Notes: generated from the letters alone by a model not told the origin. Shown: positions 1-9,006, numbered from the stretch's first letter. The stretch: DNA of 35,320 nucleotides from Candidatus Hermodarchaeota archaeon (GCA_016839805.1 JAEOTO010000001.1:1-35320); one strand, 5' to 3'. Translations and numbers: made by a program.

Positions 1-82
1 ACCGGTTTGAACGAGCGGCCGTGTACGCACCAAGCCTCGGCGAGGTGTTGAGCGGGCCGCCACGTACCGCCTAAGTGTGTCG
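1..82 (+). rRNA. rrl: 23S rRNA, 3'-terminal helices (H99-H101), partial; the 3' boundary is approximate
   Basis: ACCGGTTTGA-ACG-A-GCGGCC-GTGTACGCACC-AAGC-CTCG-GCGA-GGTGTTGAGC-GGGCCGC-CA-CGT matches the LSU 3'-end pattern (GTGTA.GC...GC/TGTTGAGC in H101), with paired arms GCGGCC/GGCCGC, GCACC/GGTGT and ACG/CGT. GC-rich and non-coding. Confidence 0.8.
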
Positions 83-146
83 GTTTCGAAAGGAGCCATA
101 AGCGCTGGTTCTGGAGCGATATTAGTCCGGGGGTATGCGACCACCA

Positions 147-157
147 CTTTCTTTTTC
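147..157 (+). terminator. Oligo-T archaeal terminator after the pre-23S 3' trailer
   Basis: CTTTCTTTTTC directly follows the GC-rich structured trailer (83-146). Confidence 0.5.
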
Positions 158-218
158 ATCGAAATATTTCGTAGGGATTTATACCAAGTTAGTTGTGAAT
201 AGTGCCAGGTCGGCAAGC

Positions 219-878
219 ATGACAACTCAAAACAAAGCATGGATTGAAGAGTATCAGAAAGTTGTTGTTAATTGGGGAATTGAGCCAGATTGGGTATTGA
301 TGAGATATCACCAATTGGTTTCGCAGGGTCCTGTGTTAGACTTGGGAATGGGTAATGGTCGAAATGCATTGTTTTTCGCAGAGTTGGGTCATGCCGTTGA
401 TTGTGTTGATGTATCTAAGACGTGGGTAAAAAAATGCCAAGAGCGGGCTAAGGCAAAGAACCTGCAAATGACCGCGTATAATGTAGATCTACGTTCGTTT
501 GAGATTCCAAAAAGACACTATTCGCTGATCATCGCATCCAAAGTCCTGCAGTTTTTCATCAAATCAGATATCAAAGCGCTAGTGGAAAAAATGTACCATG
601 GGCTAGCCCGTAGAGGTTTGATTTACCTTCAGGTATTTTCACTCGAAGAGTTTGAATACTATTTGAAACACAAAAGGGAAATTCATTTGGTTGAACCGAA
701 CACCTACTACGTACCCAAGTACAAATTACACTACCATTTCTATACAAAGGAGGAAGTATTGTCATTATTTCCAAAGTTGAAAGTCATTCATTGTGTTGAG
801 GGCTTAGAGTCAGATTTACGGTTCAAGAAACCTCGGAAAGAGTGGATTATCAATTTTCTCGGACAACGCATTCGCTAG
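219..878 (+). CDS. Class I SAM-dependent methyltransferase (TehB-like)
   Basis: Motif I VLDLGMGNGRNALFFA, motif II VDCVDVS, and YSLIIASKVLQF. ATG 219 is preferred over 135, which lies in the rRNA trailer; TTTATA at 178-183. Confidence 0.85.
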   Translation: MTTQNKAWIEEYQKVVVNWGIEPDWVLMRYHQLVSQGPVLDLGMGNGRNALFFAELGHAVDCVDVSKTWVKKCQERAKAKNLQMTAYNVDLRSFEIPKRHYSLIIASKVLQFFIKSDIKALVEKMYHGLARRGLIYLQVFSLEEFEYYLKHKREIHLVEPNTYYVPKYKLHYHFYTKEEVLSLFPKLKVIHCVEGLESDLRFKKPRKEWIINFLGQRIR

Positions 879-956
879 TCCAACTCAAAATAGGTACCTA
901 TTTAAAATGCCTGTCAGCGAATAGTACTCTCCGCCAATTTTGTGGGAGGTTTCAAG

Positions 957-1382
957 GTGCTTCAAATCGTTAGATTCGCGATTTTTCTTATCACAGGATT
1001 AGTGACGGGGTTGGTGGTTGGTTTTATTGGTTGGTTACTTCTTCGAGTCCTTTCTAAGACCAAGCTGTCTCCACTCCAGTTCGTCCTTCTTGTTGTGATC
1101 GCAATGATTGGCATTCCAATCTATTACTGGGTCCATACGTTTATTCACGATATGACTAATTGGGCATTGCCTTGGCATTATAACTATTTTTCACCAGTGT
1201 TCGCATTTATTGGGGGAACCATAGTCTGCATGATCTACTACTTTCTGCTGTTGGTCTATCTTTTCAAAACCACTCGACAATCAGCGATTGTAATTGCCAT
1301 AATCTTAGGTCTTATCACGTTCCCAATCTTCGGAGTTCTCTTGACTCTGTGGATACCTATTCTCCCTTACCTGCCACCCTGA
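957..1382 (+). CDS. Hypothetical membrane protein (about 4 TM)
   Basis: Four hydrophobic segments; GGAGGT RBS at 945-950 ahead of GTG 957. Confidence 0.75.
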   Translation: MLQIVRFAIFLITGLVTGLVVGFIGWLLLRVLSKTKLSPLQFVLLVVIAMIGIPIYYWVHTFIHDMTNWALPWHYNYFSPVFAFIGGTIVCMIYYFLLLVYLFKTTRQSAIVIAIILGLITFPIFGVLLTLWIPILPYLPP

Positions 1383-1485
1383 TTGCCTCGAATGTGGTAT
1401 TCAAGTGCAGTTCCTTAGGGAATCATATATGATTGGAATTAGTGGAGACTATAAGGCTCATTGCAACTGATGCAATGAATAGAAC

Positions 1486-2052
1486 ATGGTAAATGAAAGA
1501 CCTGCCATCGCAAAGGTTCTCATAGCAGGCGCGAGTGGTGTTGGGAAAACCAGTCTTGTCCATAGTTACGTCTTTGATGGATTCACCGAAGTAGCACCAA
1601 CCATTGGGGTGAATTTTGCTCAGAAACTTTGGAATGGAGAAAACGGGCCAATCAACCTGAGTATCTGGGATTTAAGCGGACACCCACGATTTCGGTGTCT
1701 AATGCCCCGGTTCTGTACAGGGACAACAGGAGTTGTCCTCATGTTTGATCTCACCGCTCCAGAATCGCTGGAAACAGCACGGAAATGGTTACATTACATT
1801 TCTTCCTGGAATGCGCCCGACCACGAGTATTCGGTGGTTTTGGTAGGCAATAAAGCCGACCTTACACCCCATATTCAACCCAAAACAATACATAGTGTGT
1901 GTGCCGAAGAGCGTATCACAGAATACATTCAATGTTCAGCCAAATCAGGGAAAAATATCAAACGCGTTTTTGACACGCTATGTTCTGCAATGCAACGGAC
2001 TCATCTTGAATTTAATGAACAACCTCACAATCTGATACATAGCTCAACGTAA
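1486..2052 (+). CDS. Rab-like small GTPase (Ras superfamily; eukaryotic signature protein type)
   Basis: G1 GASGVGKT, G2 PTIGVNF, G3 WDLSG, G4 NKAD, G5 SAK; RabF-like motifs IGVNF, LSIWD, RFRCL, FCTGT, LMFDLT. Confidence 0.92.
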   Translation: MVNERPAIAKVLIAGASGVGKTSLVHSYVFDGFTEVAPTIGVNFAQKLWNGENGPINLSIWDLSGHPRFRCLMPRFCTGTTGVVLMFDLTAPESLETARKWLHYISSWNAPDHEYSVVLVGNKADLTPHIQPKTIHSVCAEERITEYIQCSAKSGKNIKRVFDTLCSAMQRTHLEFNEQPHNLIHSST

Positions 2053-2099
2053 TACAGAATTAATAAGGCTAATACCGCTAAAGACACGTCCAGACGAGG

Positions 2100-3335
2100 T
2101 TGTCGATGATGGGTTCGAAAAAGAAATACAACGGCTATCAAGCCTATCAATACCTGACCCCTGGAAAAGATTACAAAGCCTTCAAATTACGTAAAGCGAT
2201 TAAACGCGACTGGTCCTACAAAGTACCCGTTTCCGGTTCGGAGGAGGAAAGAGTTCAAGAAATCCTCGAAAAGTATATTGTCATCGACTTGCACAATCAT
2301 CCCGTTTTCATGACAGAAGATTACAGTCAATGCCTCAATCACAATAGTGAAGGTCGCGAGTTCATGGCCTATGAGGCACTTAGCATCTCGGGAATCGATG
2401 CGGTTTTTGACAATCTAATGAACGGCGCCGTAACTATCACATCCAAACATGGATGGAAATGGACTGACACCATCCATGATCTAGGCCAACGATTATGTGA
2501 TATTGCTCACCAAGATTTCGTCATTCATTGCAAAAAAGTAGACGACATTATCCTAGCTCATCAAACAGGAAAGTTAGCTTGGGTTCCAGTTCTCGAATCA
2601 TCTTCGTGCATTGAGAATGAAGTTGATCGGATTGATGTGCTCTACGGGCTGGGAATACGATCGATGGGATTAGCCTATAGTGAATCCAACATGCTCGGTT
2701 CGGGATTAGGTGAACTCCGAGATGGAGGTCTCACAGACTTTGGCTACGATGCTGTTGTTCGTATGAACAAGGTAGGCATGCTTGTCGATGTAAGCCATAC
2801 CAGTGATCAGACAGCACTGGACGCCATTGACGCCAGTAAAAAGCCAATTGTCATTTCCCATGCAGGCGCCCAGTCCGTCATGCCCATTATTCGCATGTTT
2901 CCAGATGAAGTCCTCAAAGCGTTATCTGAAAAAGGGGGGGTTATCGGCATTGAAGCTGCTCCAGGAACCACAGGGACTACAAAACAACCCAAAAACGACA
3001 TCGAAACTTACATGGCCCACGTTGAATACTGTATCAAGCTTATGGGTTTGAATCATGTTGGATGCGGACCAGACACCATCTATGGGGACCATGTCGGTTA
3101 TTATCGAGCTCTCGAGGAAGCCCTTACAACAGCTGGACTAGGTCACTATTCACGTCCGGGAGGAAAAGTAGACGAAGGTCTTAACACGCTCCCAAGATAC
3201 GTTAAGGGCTTAGAAAACCCAACCGAAGCTCTCCAAAACGTGACCCGTTGGATGGTAAAACATGGCTACTCTGACAGTGAAATCGCCAAAATCATAGGGG
3301 GAAATGCTCTGGAATTATTGAAGAAAGTCTGGTGA
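2100..3335 (+). CDS. Membrane dipeptidase family (peptidase M19) metallohydrolase
   Basis: DLHNH, GLTDFGYDAVVRMNKVGMLVDVSH, ISHAG, HVGCGPD, and C-terminal KIIGGNAL. Confidence 0.9.
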   Translation: MSMMGSKKKYNGYQAYQYLTPGKDYKAFKLRKAIKRDWSYKVPVSGSEEERVQEILEKYIVIDLHNHPVFMTEDYSQCLNHNSEGREFMAYEALSISGIDAVFDNLMNGAVTITSKHGWKWTDTIHDLGQRLCDIAHQDFVIHCKKVDDIILAHQTGKLAWVPVLESSSCIENEVDRIDVLYGLGIRSMGLAYSESNMLGSGLGELRDGGLTDFGYDAVVRMNKVGMLVDVSHTSDQTALDAIDASKKPIVISHAGAQSVMPIIRMFPDEVLKALSEKGGVIGIEAAPGTTGTTKQPKNDIETYMAHVEYCIKLMGLNHVGCGPDTIYGDHVGYYRALEEALTTAGLGHYSRPGGKVDEGLNTLPRYVKGLENPTEALQNVTRWMVKHGYSDSEIAKIIGGNALELLKKVW

Positions 3336-3468
3336 AGTAGTCCCCTTATCAATTCATCTTTCTCATTTATCATAGATGAGGCAAATTAAGGGCGTTTTGA
3401 GGGGTTTTTAACCGGTTTCGAAAGATTTCCGGTGGTAAATAACGGTGCGGTTAATACCAGGAGGTGAC

Positions 3469-3699
3469 ATGCTCATTACCCAATTCATTGAACAACTCTT
3501 CCTCTACCTCAATCTTAGTTGGGGGGTTATCATCCTAATTGGTGATTTCATTGCAATGTTTCTCATCGCACTTGGATTCATAAGCTGGCTAACGGACAGG
3601 CAACCCATTAGAGGAAAACGTATGATAATCGGAGGCATTCTTCTGTTTCTCATCATCCAATGGATGGCAATCTCTTCACCCTTGATGCTAATTTTTTAA
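3469..3699 (+). CDS. Small two-TM membrane protein, TrbC/VirB2 pilin-like
   Basis: GGAGGTGA RBS before ATG 3469; two hydrophobic helices joined by a basic loop, RGKRMIIGGILL. The CDS is well supported; the family call is by resemblance only. Confidence 0.55.
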   Translation: MLITQFIEQLFLYLNLSWGVIILIGDFIAMFLIALGFISWLTDRQPIRGKRMIIGGILLFLIIQWMAISSPLMLIF

Positions 3700-3735
3700 G
3701 TTCAGCAACTAGTACGGGAGTCAAAGGGATGGAGA

Positions 3736-4194
3736 TTAAGTTCCCAGAGGATTTGGTGGGCGTAGCTCAATTAATTCAATAATAGTCCCAAACCGCTGTT
3801 GTGTATCCAAGTAAGTAAAAGGGACAGAATAGATCGTGCCGCTCCAAAGCACTTTAATTCCCTCATCAGAAACTCCGTCAAGAGCCTTACGCAAGTTAGG
3901 GACGTTAATACCAACATGATGTAATCCCTCACCACACTGAACAAGAAAGTCGGTGTATATCTTCGGGGTTCCATCTAAGACTTGAATAAATTCTAGCTGC
4001 AGCTCCCCAAGTGTCAAAAAGGCAATTTTAATCTTATATGGGGGAATTGCCTGTTCCCAAAGGTTCTCCTTTACCTCTGCTTCCATGATGACTGGGGAAT
4101 CACAATCAAAAAGGATTTGCTGGCGTGTCGCAATATCAGTTGCATCCTTTACAACAAAGCCTAACTGATTAATACCTTGAAACGGAAAACCCAT
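3736..4194 (-). CDS. VOC/glyoxalase family protein (methylmalonyl-CoA epimerase-like)
   Basis: QLGFVVKD, IAFLTLGELQLEFIQ, GEGLHHVG, YLDT...GTIIELIE. Confidence 0.88.
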   Translation of the reverse strand: MGFPFQGINQLGFVVKDATDIATRQQILFDCDSPVIMEAEVKENLWEQAIPPYKIKIAFLTLGELQLEFIQVLDGTPKIYTDFLVQCGEGLHHVGINVPNLRKALDGVSDEGIKVLWSGTIYSVPFTYLDTQQRFGTIIELIELRPPNPLGT

Positions 4195-4240
4195 GGCGCC
4201 TATCACAACCCAATTACTAGTGATAAGGCAGTCAAGTTAC

Positions 4241-4912
4241 TTATTTACCCAGGATATTCTTGAACTGATCACAAAGTTCAGGGTTCCGTAACATCACTCC
4301 CAGTACAGCTACAACATCTGAGAGGTATTTTATCTCATACAAATTTTCCTTACTGAAAAGGTCGGAGAGAGCCTCGTTTTCTGGTACTTTACGCCATAAC
4401 TCCATGATGTTTCCATCATGCTTTTCAAAATACTGTTCCATTAGCTTCTTGAAGGCTGCCTTATCCTTGAGTTTGACACCAAATAATTCTTGGACAAGAA
4501 CAGTTAATCTCTGAATTATTCGTGCTCCTTTGTCTGATATCCACCATTTCGTTTTGGCTTCATCTTCTTGAAGAATGAAGATGTTAGCTGTACGACAAAA
4601 CAACTTCTCGGTCAATCGACTATCATGGGGTTTCCGATGACCACACGCTTTAACCAAACCATTCTGTTCTAGCGTTTCAAGATACCGGTAAACGGTCTTG
4701 ATGGTCTTATTATACTTCTCTTTGTCTGGATTCCAATACAAGGCATGGATCTCTTTAACCGTGAGATTTTTTCCAACAAGCGCTTTTATAATGTCGCCAT
4801 GATCTTTTACTACGGCTTCTTGTTCTTTTGATAGAAAGAGAATAGGTTCAGGACGTTCTTTTAAGAAGTCATCATAATCTTTCGGCTTGTCCTTTTTCTC
4901 GTAATCGCCCAT
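4241..4912 (-). CDS. Winged-helix (ArsR-like) transcriptional regulator, Asgard-type
   Basis: IIKALVGKNLTVKEIH...KTIKTVYRYLETLEQNGLV...TEKLFCRTA wHTH signature followed by a helical C-terminal domain. Start at M37 of the ORF-track protein. Confidence 0.8.
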   Translation of the reverse strand: MGDYEKKDKPKDYDDFLKERPEPILFLSKEQEAVVKDHGDIIKALVGKNLTVKEIHALYWNPDKEKYNKTIKTVYRYLETLEQNGLVKACGHRKPHDSRLTEKLFCRTANIFILQEDEAKTKWWISDKGARIIQRLTVLVQELFGVKLKDKAAFKKLMEQYFEKHDGNIMELWRKVPENEALSDLFSKENLYEIKYLSDVVAVLGVMLRNPELCDQFKNILGK

Positions 4913-5129
4913 AATTATCAATCCTGTGTTGCTGTCTAGGGGTGTTTTATTATAATTGGTATTGTCACATACAGTAATATTAATATACCGGAATGACACA
5001 TAAGGGACGTGGCGTGACATTCAAATGACAGTAAGCGTGAATAAGAGCTGTATCACCGGCGCCTTAAGCTGTAACCTCTCGGACTACCATGAAGAAAAAA
5101 CGGAATCAAAACTAAGAGGTGAGGTAACG

Positions 5130-5243
5130 ATGTCCCCCACCCCAAATTGTGAGCACAGCACCGAACCTCAAATCACCGTCGAGGATGAGAAGAAACGCAA
5201 AAACCGAATCTTTGAGTCATATCTAAGGGAGAAAATACTCTAA
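5130..5243 (+). CDS. Small hypothetical protein (37 aa)
   Basis: Strong GAGGTGAGGT RBS immediately before ATG 5130; divergent from the wHTH gene. Confidence 0.5.
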   Translation: MSPTPNCEHSTEPQITVEDEKKRKNRIFESYLREKIL

Positions 5244-5361
5244 CTCTCATATAGGCCGAAGCGCTACGCGTAGATAGGTCATTTGCTAATAAATTCCTTT
5301 TTTCCAATTCTCGGATGCAGATAAATCCGATACACAAGAATCAAGATCACGGTAAAGACTT

Positions 5362-5412
5362 AGGAGGGAGCATTCCTTGTTGTTGAGGTTCTCCCTCCTC
5401 TTCTCCTTTTTC
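5362..5412 (+). terminator. Hairpin plus pyrimidine tract, putative terminator
   Basis: AGGAGGGAG (5362-70) pairs with CTCCCTCCT (5391-99), followed by CTTCTCCTTTTTC. Confidence 0.5.
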
Positions 5413-5491
5413 AACAAATCATTTTTGAGTAATGTCTTAGTAACCTAATTGTTTAATGCCACCCTAGAAGGGGAAAGGAGGAAATAAGCCA

Positions 5492-5911
5492 ATGTCTAGT
5501 TCTAGTGTTGAAATCAAAAAATTGCATGAAATTTTACGCACGTTTCATGAAGCTCAAGAAACCGCAAACGAAAAACTGTTCCTCCAGGTTTGGCATCCTG
5601 AAGCACGTCGCTTTGGTTTTGGGTCTAATAACGAGCTCTACATCTTCTCTACTGAAGACATACTCTCAAACCAGTTTCAAGGCATTAAACAGGCAAAACA
5701 AGAAAATCCTGGGTATTCGCTCAGCTTCTTCATAAAACGGATAAGAAACATTGACGTGGATCCAGATCACCTAATCGCCTCGGCTACAGTAGAATGGCAA
5801 ATGGTAAGCATGGGACGCGCTGTTGGTGTCCACTATACCTACTATCACTTTGTAAAACACAATGGTAAATGGGTCATCGCCAATGTTACTGATTGTGGAA
5901 AGGTAATTTAA
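5492..5911 (+). CDS. NTF2-like / SnoaL-like (lumazine-binding-like) protein
   Basis: VWHPEARR near the N-terminus and YYHFVKHNGKWVIAN at the C-terminus; GGAGG RBS. Confidence 0.8.
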   Translation: MSSSSVEIKKLHEILRTFHEAQETANEKLFLQVWHPEARRFGFGSNNELYIFSTEDILSNQFQGIKQAKQENPGYSLSFFIKRIRNIDVDPDHLIASATVEWQMVSMGRAVGVHYTYYHFVKHNGKWVIANVTDCGKVI

Positions 5912-5941
5912 TATTTTGATGAATCGATAAGAACTAGTTCT

Positions 5942-6424
5942 TCAATCGTTAATTTCTGGAAGCTCCTTTACAATCCTGACACCCTGATCCGTTAGCAGAA
6001 ATTCTTCCTTGTCATCTCTGTATGATCGAGTAAAATATGAGTAAGTCTCGATGGCTTTTTGGAGCACTTGGGCTACATTACTAATTTTGTAAGCTGAAAA
6101 CAGGAGTTGGCTCTCAATAAAATCCACTGTTAAGCTCTTTTCGTCACCCATATACTGTTGCTGATAATATGCAACACAACATAAGATTTCGATATCAGTA
6201 CGAGGACGCTTCGCTAATAAAAATTCATTCAATGTTAATGGACGGGTTATGGTCGGAACCGGTGCAGGAATATCAAACACTTTACACGCTAGCCGTCGCA
6301 ATCGAACTAAACAAATTCCGTGTGCACAAAATTGTTTACCGGCATGCTGCACGTGGCGTAATTCTTCAATTCGTTCAATTGGTCTTGAACAAATTGCACA
6401 AAGGCTCGGTTTGCCACGTACCAT
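5942..6424 (-). CDS. Hypothetical protein with N-terminal Zn-finger and C-terminal winged-helix-like domain
   Basis: CAIC...HGIC ligand set; C-terminal LNEFL...VAYY...FLLTDQGVRIV wing pattern; GGAGTGA RBS. Confidence 0.7.
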   Translation of the reverse strand: MVRGKPSLCAICSRPIERIEELRHVQHAGKQFCAHGICLVRLRRLACKVFDIPAPVPTITRPLTLNEFLLAKRPRTDIEILCCVAYYQQQYMGDEKSLTVDFIESQLLFSAYKISNVAQVLQKAIETYSYFTRSYRDDKEEFLLTDQGVRIVKELPEIND

Positions 6425-6474
6425 TCACTCCTCCCCTGTTAACCAGAGAATGGGAGTTGTGGAGATGAGGAAAG

Positions 6475-6741
6475 CTACTCCTCCTCTTCTTCCATGATGC
6501 TACTTTTTTCCCAAATACGGCCTAGGATAACTAATCCAAGAACTAATTCGGAGTTCTGAAGTTTTTGAGCCATGAATTCAATGCTTTTTGAAACCGTATC
6601 ATATTCCTGGGATCCCCAAGCCTCTTCAGCGACTGCATAGATCTCATCGAATTGTTCTTCTTTGAGATTCAATGCTACTGTAATGTTTTCGCTTTCATGA
6701 TCCCCAACAGTTAATTTTCCAAGTTCGTAGGTGTTAGCCAA
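6475..6741 (-). CDS. Small acidic hypothetical protein
   Basis: 88-aa ORF, AGGTGA upstream of a TTG start, poly-E tail; co-oriented with the downstream gene. Confidence 0.7.
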   Translation of the reverse strand: MANTYELGKLTVGDHESENITVALNLKEEQFDEIYAVAEEAWGSQEYDTVSKSIEFMAQKLQNSELVLGLVILGRIWEKSSIMEEEEE

Positions 6742-7005
6742 CCTAGTTCACCTATTGAATCGTCAATCGATACTATCTTATTAAGATGCTGCTCTTGCAC
6801 TTCGAGCATACAAGTTTTTAGTGAAGTCTTTTGAAAAATTCCTTGAAAACACTGAATCCAATACCATTGTGAAGTTGGGAGGCAAAACCTTTGAAGGGCG
6901 AAATCCTGTATTTTAGTGAAGAGTTCAAAAGTATTCAATGAATCAAACAGTACTAGCTGGTCCAAGAGCTCTGTTAGTTCCCTGGTTCATATGAGATGAC
7001 CTGTA

Positions 7006-8034
7006 ATGCATGAAGCCATGTTGTATACACCACTTCAAGACGGAAAAGTTGGCTGCCAGTTATGTGCACGCCGGTGTACAATATCGGATGGCAAACTAGG
7101 TTATTGTCGAGTGCGAAAAAATGAGGAGGGTACCCTTTACTCCCTCGTCTATGGTAAGGCTTGTTCTGCAAATCCTGATCCCATCGAAAAGAAACCCCTA
7201 TGGCATTTTCACCCTGGCTCACTAGTGATGTCGATTGCTACTGTTGGATGTAACTTTCGGTGTCAATTTTGTCAGAACTGGCAAATCAGTCATGAAAGAG
7301 AAATATTCGGTCGTGACCTCCTACCTGATAAAATCGTTGAACTTGCACTCAAGACAGGGTGTTCAGGCGTCTCTTATACGTATACAGAGCCCACCATCTT
7401 TTTCGAATATGCTTACGATACTGCAAAAATCGCGAAACAGAAAGGGTTGTTCAATACCTTTGTCACGAATGGTTATCTAACACCTGAAGCCATTGAAACA
7501 ATAGCACCATACCTTGACGCCGCAACCGTTGATTTCAAAGGCAATGCTAATCCGAAATTCTATGAAAGGTACTGCCACGTCCCCTCTGTAGATCCAATCT
7601 TTACTGCGCTTAAAGCTATGAAAAACGCGGGAATACATATCGAAATCACGAATCTTGTGGTTACCGATGTCGGTGATGACGTTAAAGATGCTGAAAAACT
7701 TGCTAAATGGATTGTAGAAGAACTTGGAGAGGAAACTCCCCTACATCTCCTCCGTTTCTATCCCCACCATCAAATGAGTAATCTTCCTCCCACATCCATT
7801 AAAGCCCTTGAAGCCGCAGCTAACGCTTCAACTCAAGCAGGATTAAAATATGTCTACTTAGGTAACGTTCCAGGGCATCAGGGTGCAAATACGATTTGTG
7901 CCAACTGTGGAGCTCTCCTTATCGAACGGTTGGGGGTACACACCACGTCAGTGCGATTAACACGGCAAGGTCACTGTCCTGCATGCAATTTACCCATTCC
8001 TATCATTCTACCAGAAGACCTATCTTCAACCTAA
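7006..8034 (+). CDS. amrS: AmmeMemoRadiSam system radical SAM enzyme
   Basis: N-terminal CQLCARRC...GYCRVR, DPIEKKPLWHFHPG, CNFRCQFCQNWQIS (CxxxCxxC), YTYTEP, YVYLGNV, and C-terminal Zn ribbons. Confidence 0.93.
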   Translation: MHEAMLYTPLQDGKVGCQLCARRCTISDGKLGYCRVRKNEEGTLYSLVYGKACSANPDPIEKKPLWHFHPGSLVMSIATVGCNFRCQFCQNWQISHEREIFGRDLLPDKIVELALKTGCSGVSYTYTEPTIFFEYAYDTAKIAKQKGLFNTFVTNGYLTPEAIETIAPYLDAATVDFKGNANPKFYERYCHVPSVDPIFTALKAMKNAGIHIEITNLVVTDVGDDVKDAEKLAKWIVEELGEETPLHLLRFYPHHQMSNLPPTSIKALEAAANASTQAGLKYVYLGNVPGHQGANTICANCGALLIERLGVHTTSVRLTRQGHCPACNLPIPIILPEDLSST

Positions 8035-8136
8035 TCAATGAGGTTCCAAATCTGCGAATAGCACTAGAAATCAGACTGCTGATTTTTTCCAACGTCATCT
8101 TTAAGTGGTTAATAACGCTGAATTCAAATAAGGAGG

Positions 8137-9006
8137 GTGATGAACGTTCGCCTCATTGCATCCCAGGAAACGGAAATAGCTAATTTCCAAGACCAATTTC
8201 TAGGACTCAAAACTATCTTTGAGGAAACCCAATATCCCTATTGGATTCTTGTCGATGATCAAACCGTTATGGGACTAATTGTCGTGTCCAAAGAACCTCG
8301 TGAATTTCTCCAACCCGCGAGTACTACATTTGTCCAAGTTTATCTTTTCCGCCATCAGCCTGACGCAGTTAAACAACTTCTTTCTCAAGCATTAAACATC
8401 GCCGCGGAACACCAAGCTGCGTACATCTGTTGCAAAGTTAGTGCTGACCAGCATGAGACCGTGCAGTTGTTAGAACAAGCAGAGTTAACCTTGTACGATG
8501 AAACGGTTAAAATGGGAACTCCCCTGGACAACATCGTTCCACCAGAGACAACGTTGACTTTCAATCGCACTTCTCCTGAGGAAACAGCTCTCGTGCTTGA
8601 AAACTTGGCATCTTCGTTAGCAGATACCCCTGGACGGCTCTTAAAAAGCGTCGTCCATAACATACAGCGTCTCCCCTCAAACCAGCTAGACACTACCCTA
8701 TCTCAAATGGAGGTAGTTTTAGTTCAAGATGCCACAAAACCGGTTGGAATACTGAGTCTCGAAGGGCCTACCATTAGCATGCTTGGCGTTCAACCTGAAG
8801 CTCGTGGGAAAGGATACGGTCAAGTAATCACCCAATGGGCTAAAAATCATCTCTCCCAACAAGGACATTTTCGGGCCTGGCTCCGTGTATCCGTAGCAAA
8901 CACCAAAGCAATCCACATTTTTGAAAAATTCGGTTTCAAAGTCACCGAGAATATCCGATATTATCTCAAAACAAATCCAAATATCTGGCAGGAAAATCCT
9001 CCATAA
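8137..9006 (+). CDS. Tandem GNAT-family acetyltransferase
   Basis: C-terminal motif A LGVQPEARGKGYG and NTKAIHIFEKFGF; degenerate N-terminal GNAT domain. Confidence 0.88.
   Translation: MMNVRLIASQETEIANFQDQFLGLKTIFEETQYPYWILVDDQTVMGLIVVSKEPREFLQPASTTFVQVYLFRHQPDAVKQLLSQALNIAAEHQAAYICCKVSADQHETVQLLEQAELTLYDETVKMGTPLDNIVPPETTLTFNRTSPEETALVLENLASSLADTPGRLLKSVVHNIQRLPSNQLDTTLSQMEVVLVQDATKPVGILSLEGPTISMLGVQPEARGKGYGQVITQWAKNHLSQQGHFRAWLRVSVANTKAIHIFEKFGFKVTENIRYYLKTNPNIWQENPP

Noticed and set aside
1-146. SRP RNA, RNase P RNA, tRNA/tmRNA (ends CCACCA) or group II intron domain V
   Set aside because: Lacks the SRP helix-8 CAGG/AGCA motif, the RNase P P4 motifs and a T-arm GTTC; the 23S 3'-end helices explain the pairing better.
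878-1420. Sec/Pyl read-through of TGA/TAG stops
   Set aside because: The frames checked (stops at 878 and 1382) close again within a few codons, and no SECIS-like element was recognised.
1731-1739. 9-nt match (AGTTGTCCT) between guide 2 and the GTPase gene; also an 8-nt match of guide 1 near 948
   Set aside because: Too short, expected by chance, and not preceded by TTAT. I saw no convincing in-window target for either guide.
7006-8034. Complete AmmeMemoRadiSam system locus
   Set aside because: No AMMECR1- or Memo-like partner genes in the window; dispersal of these genes is common.
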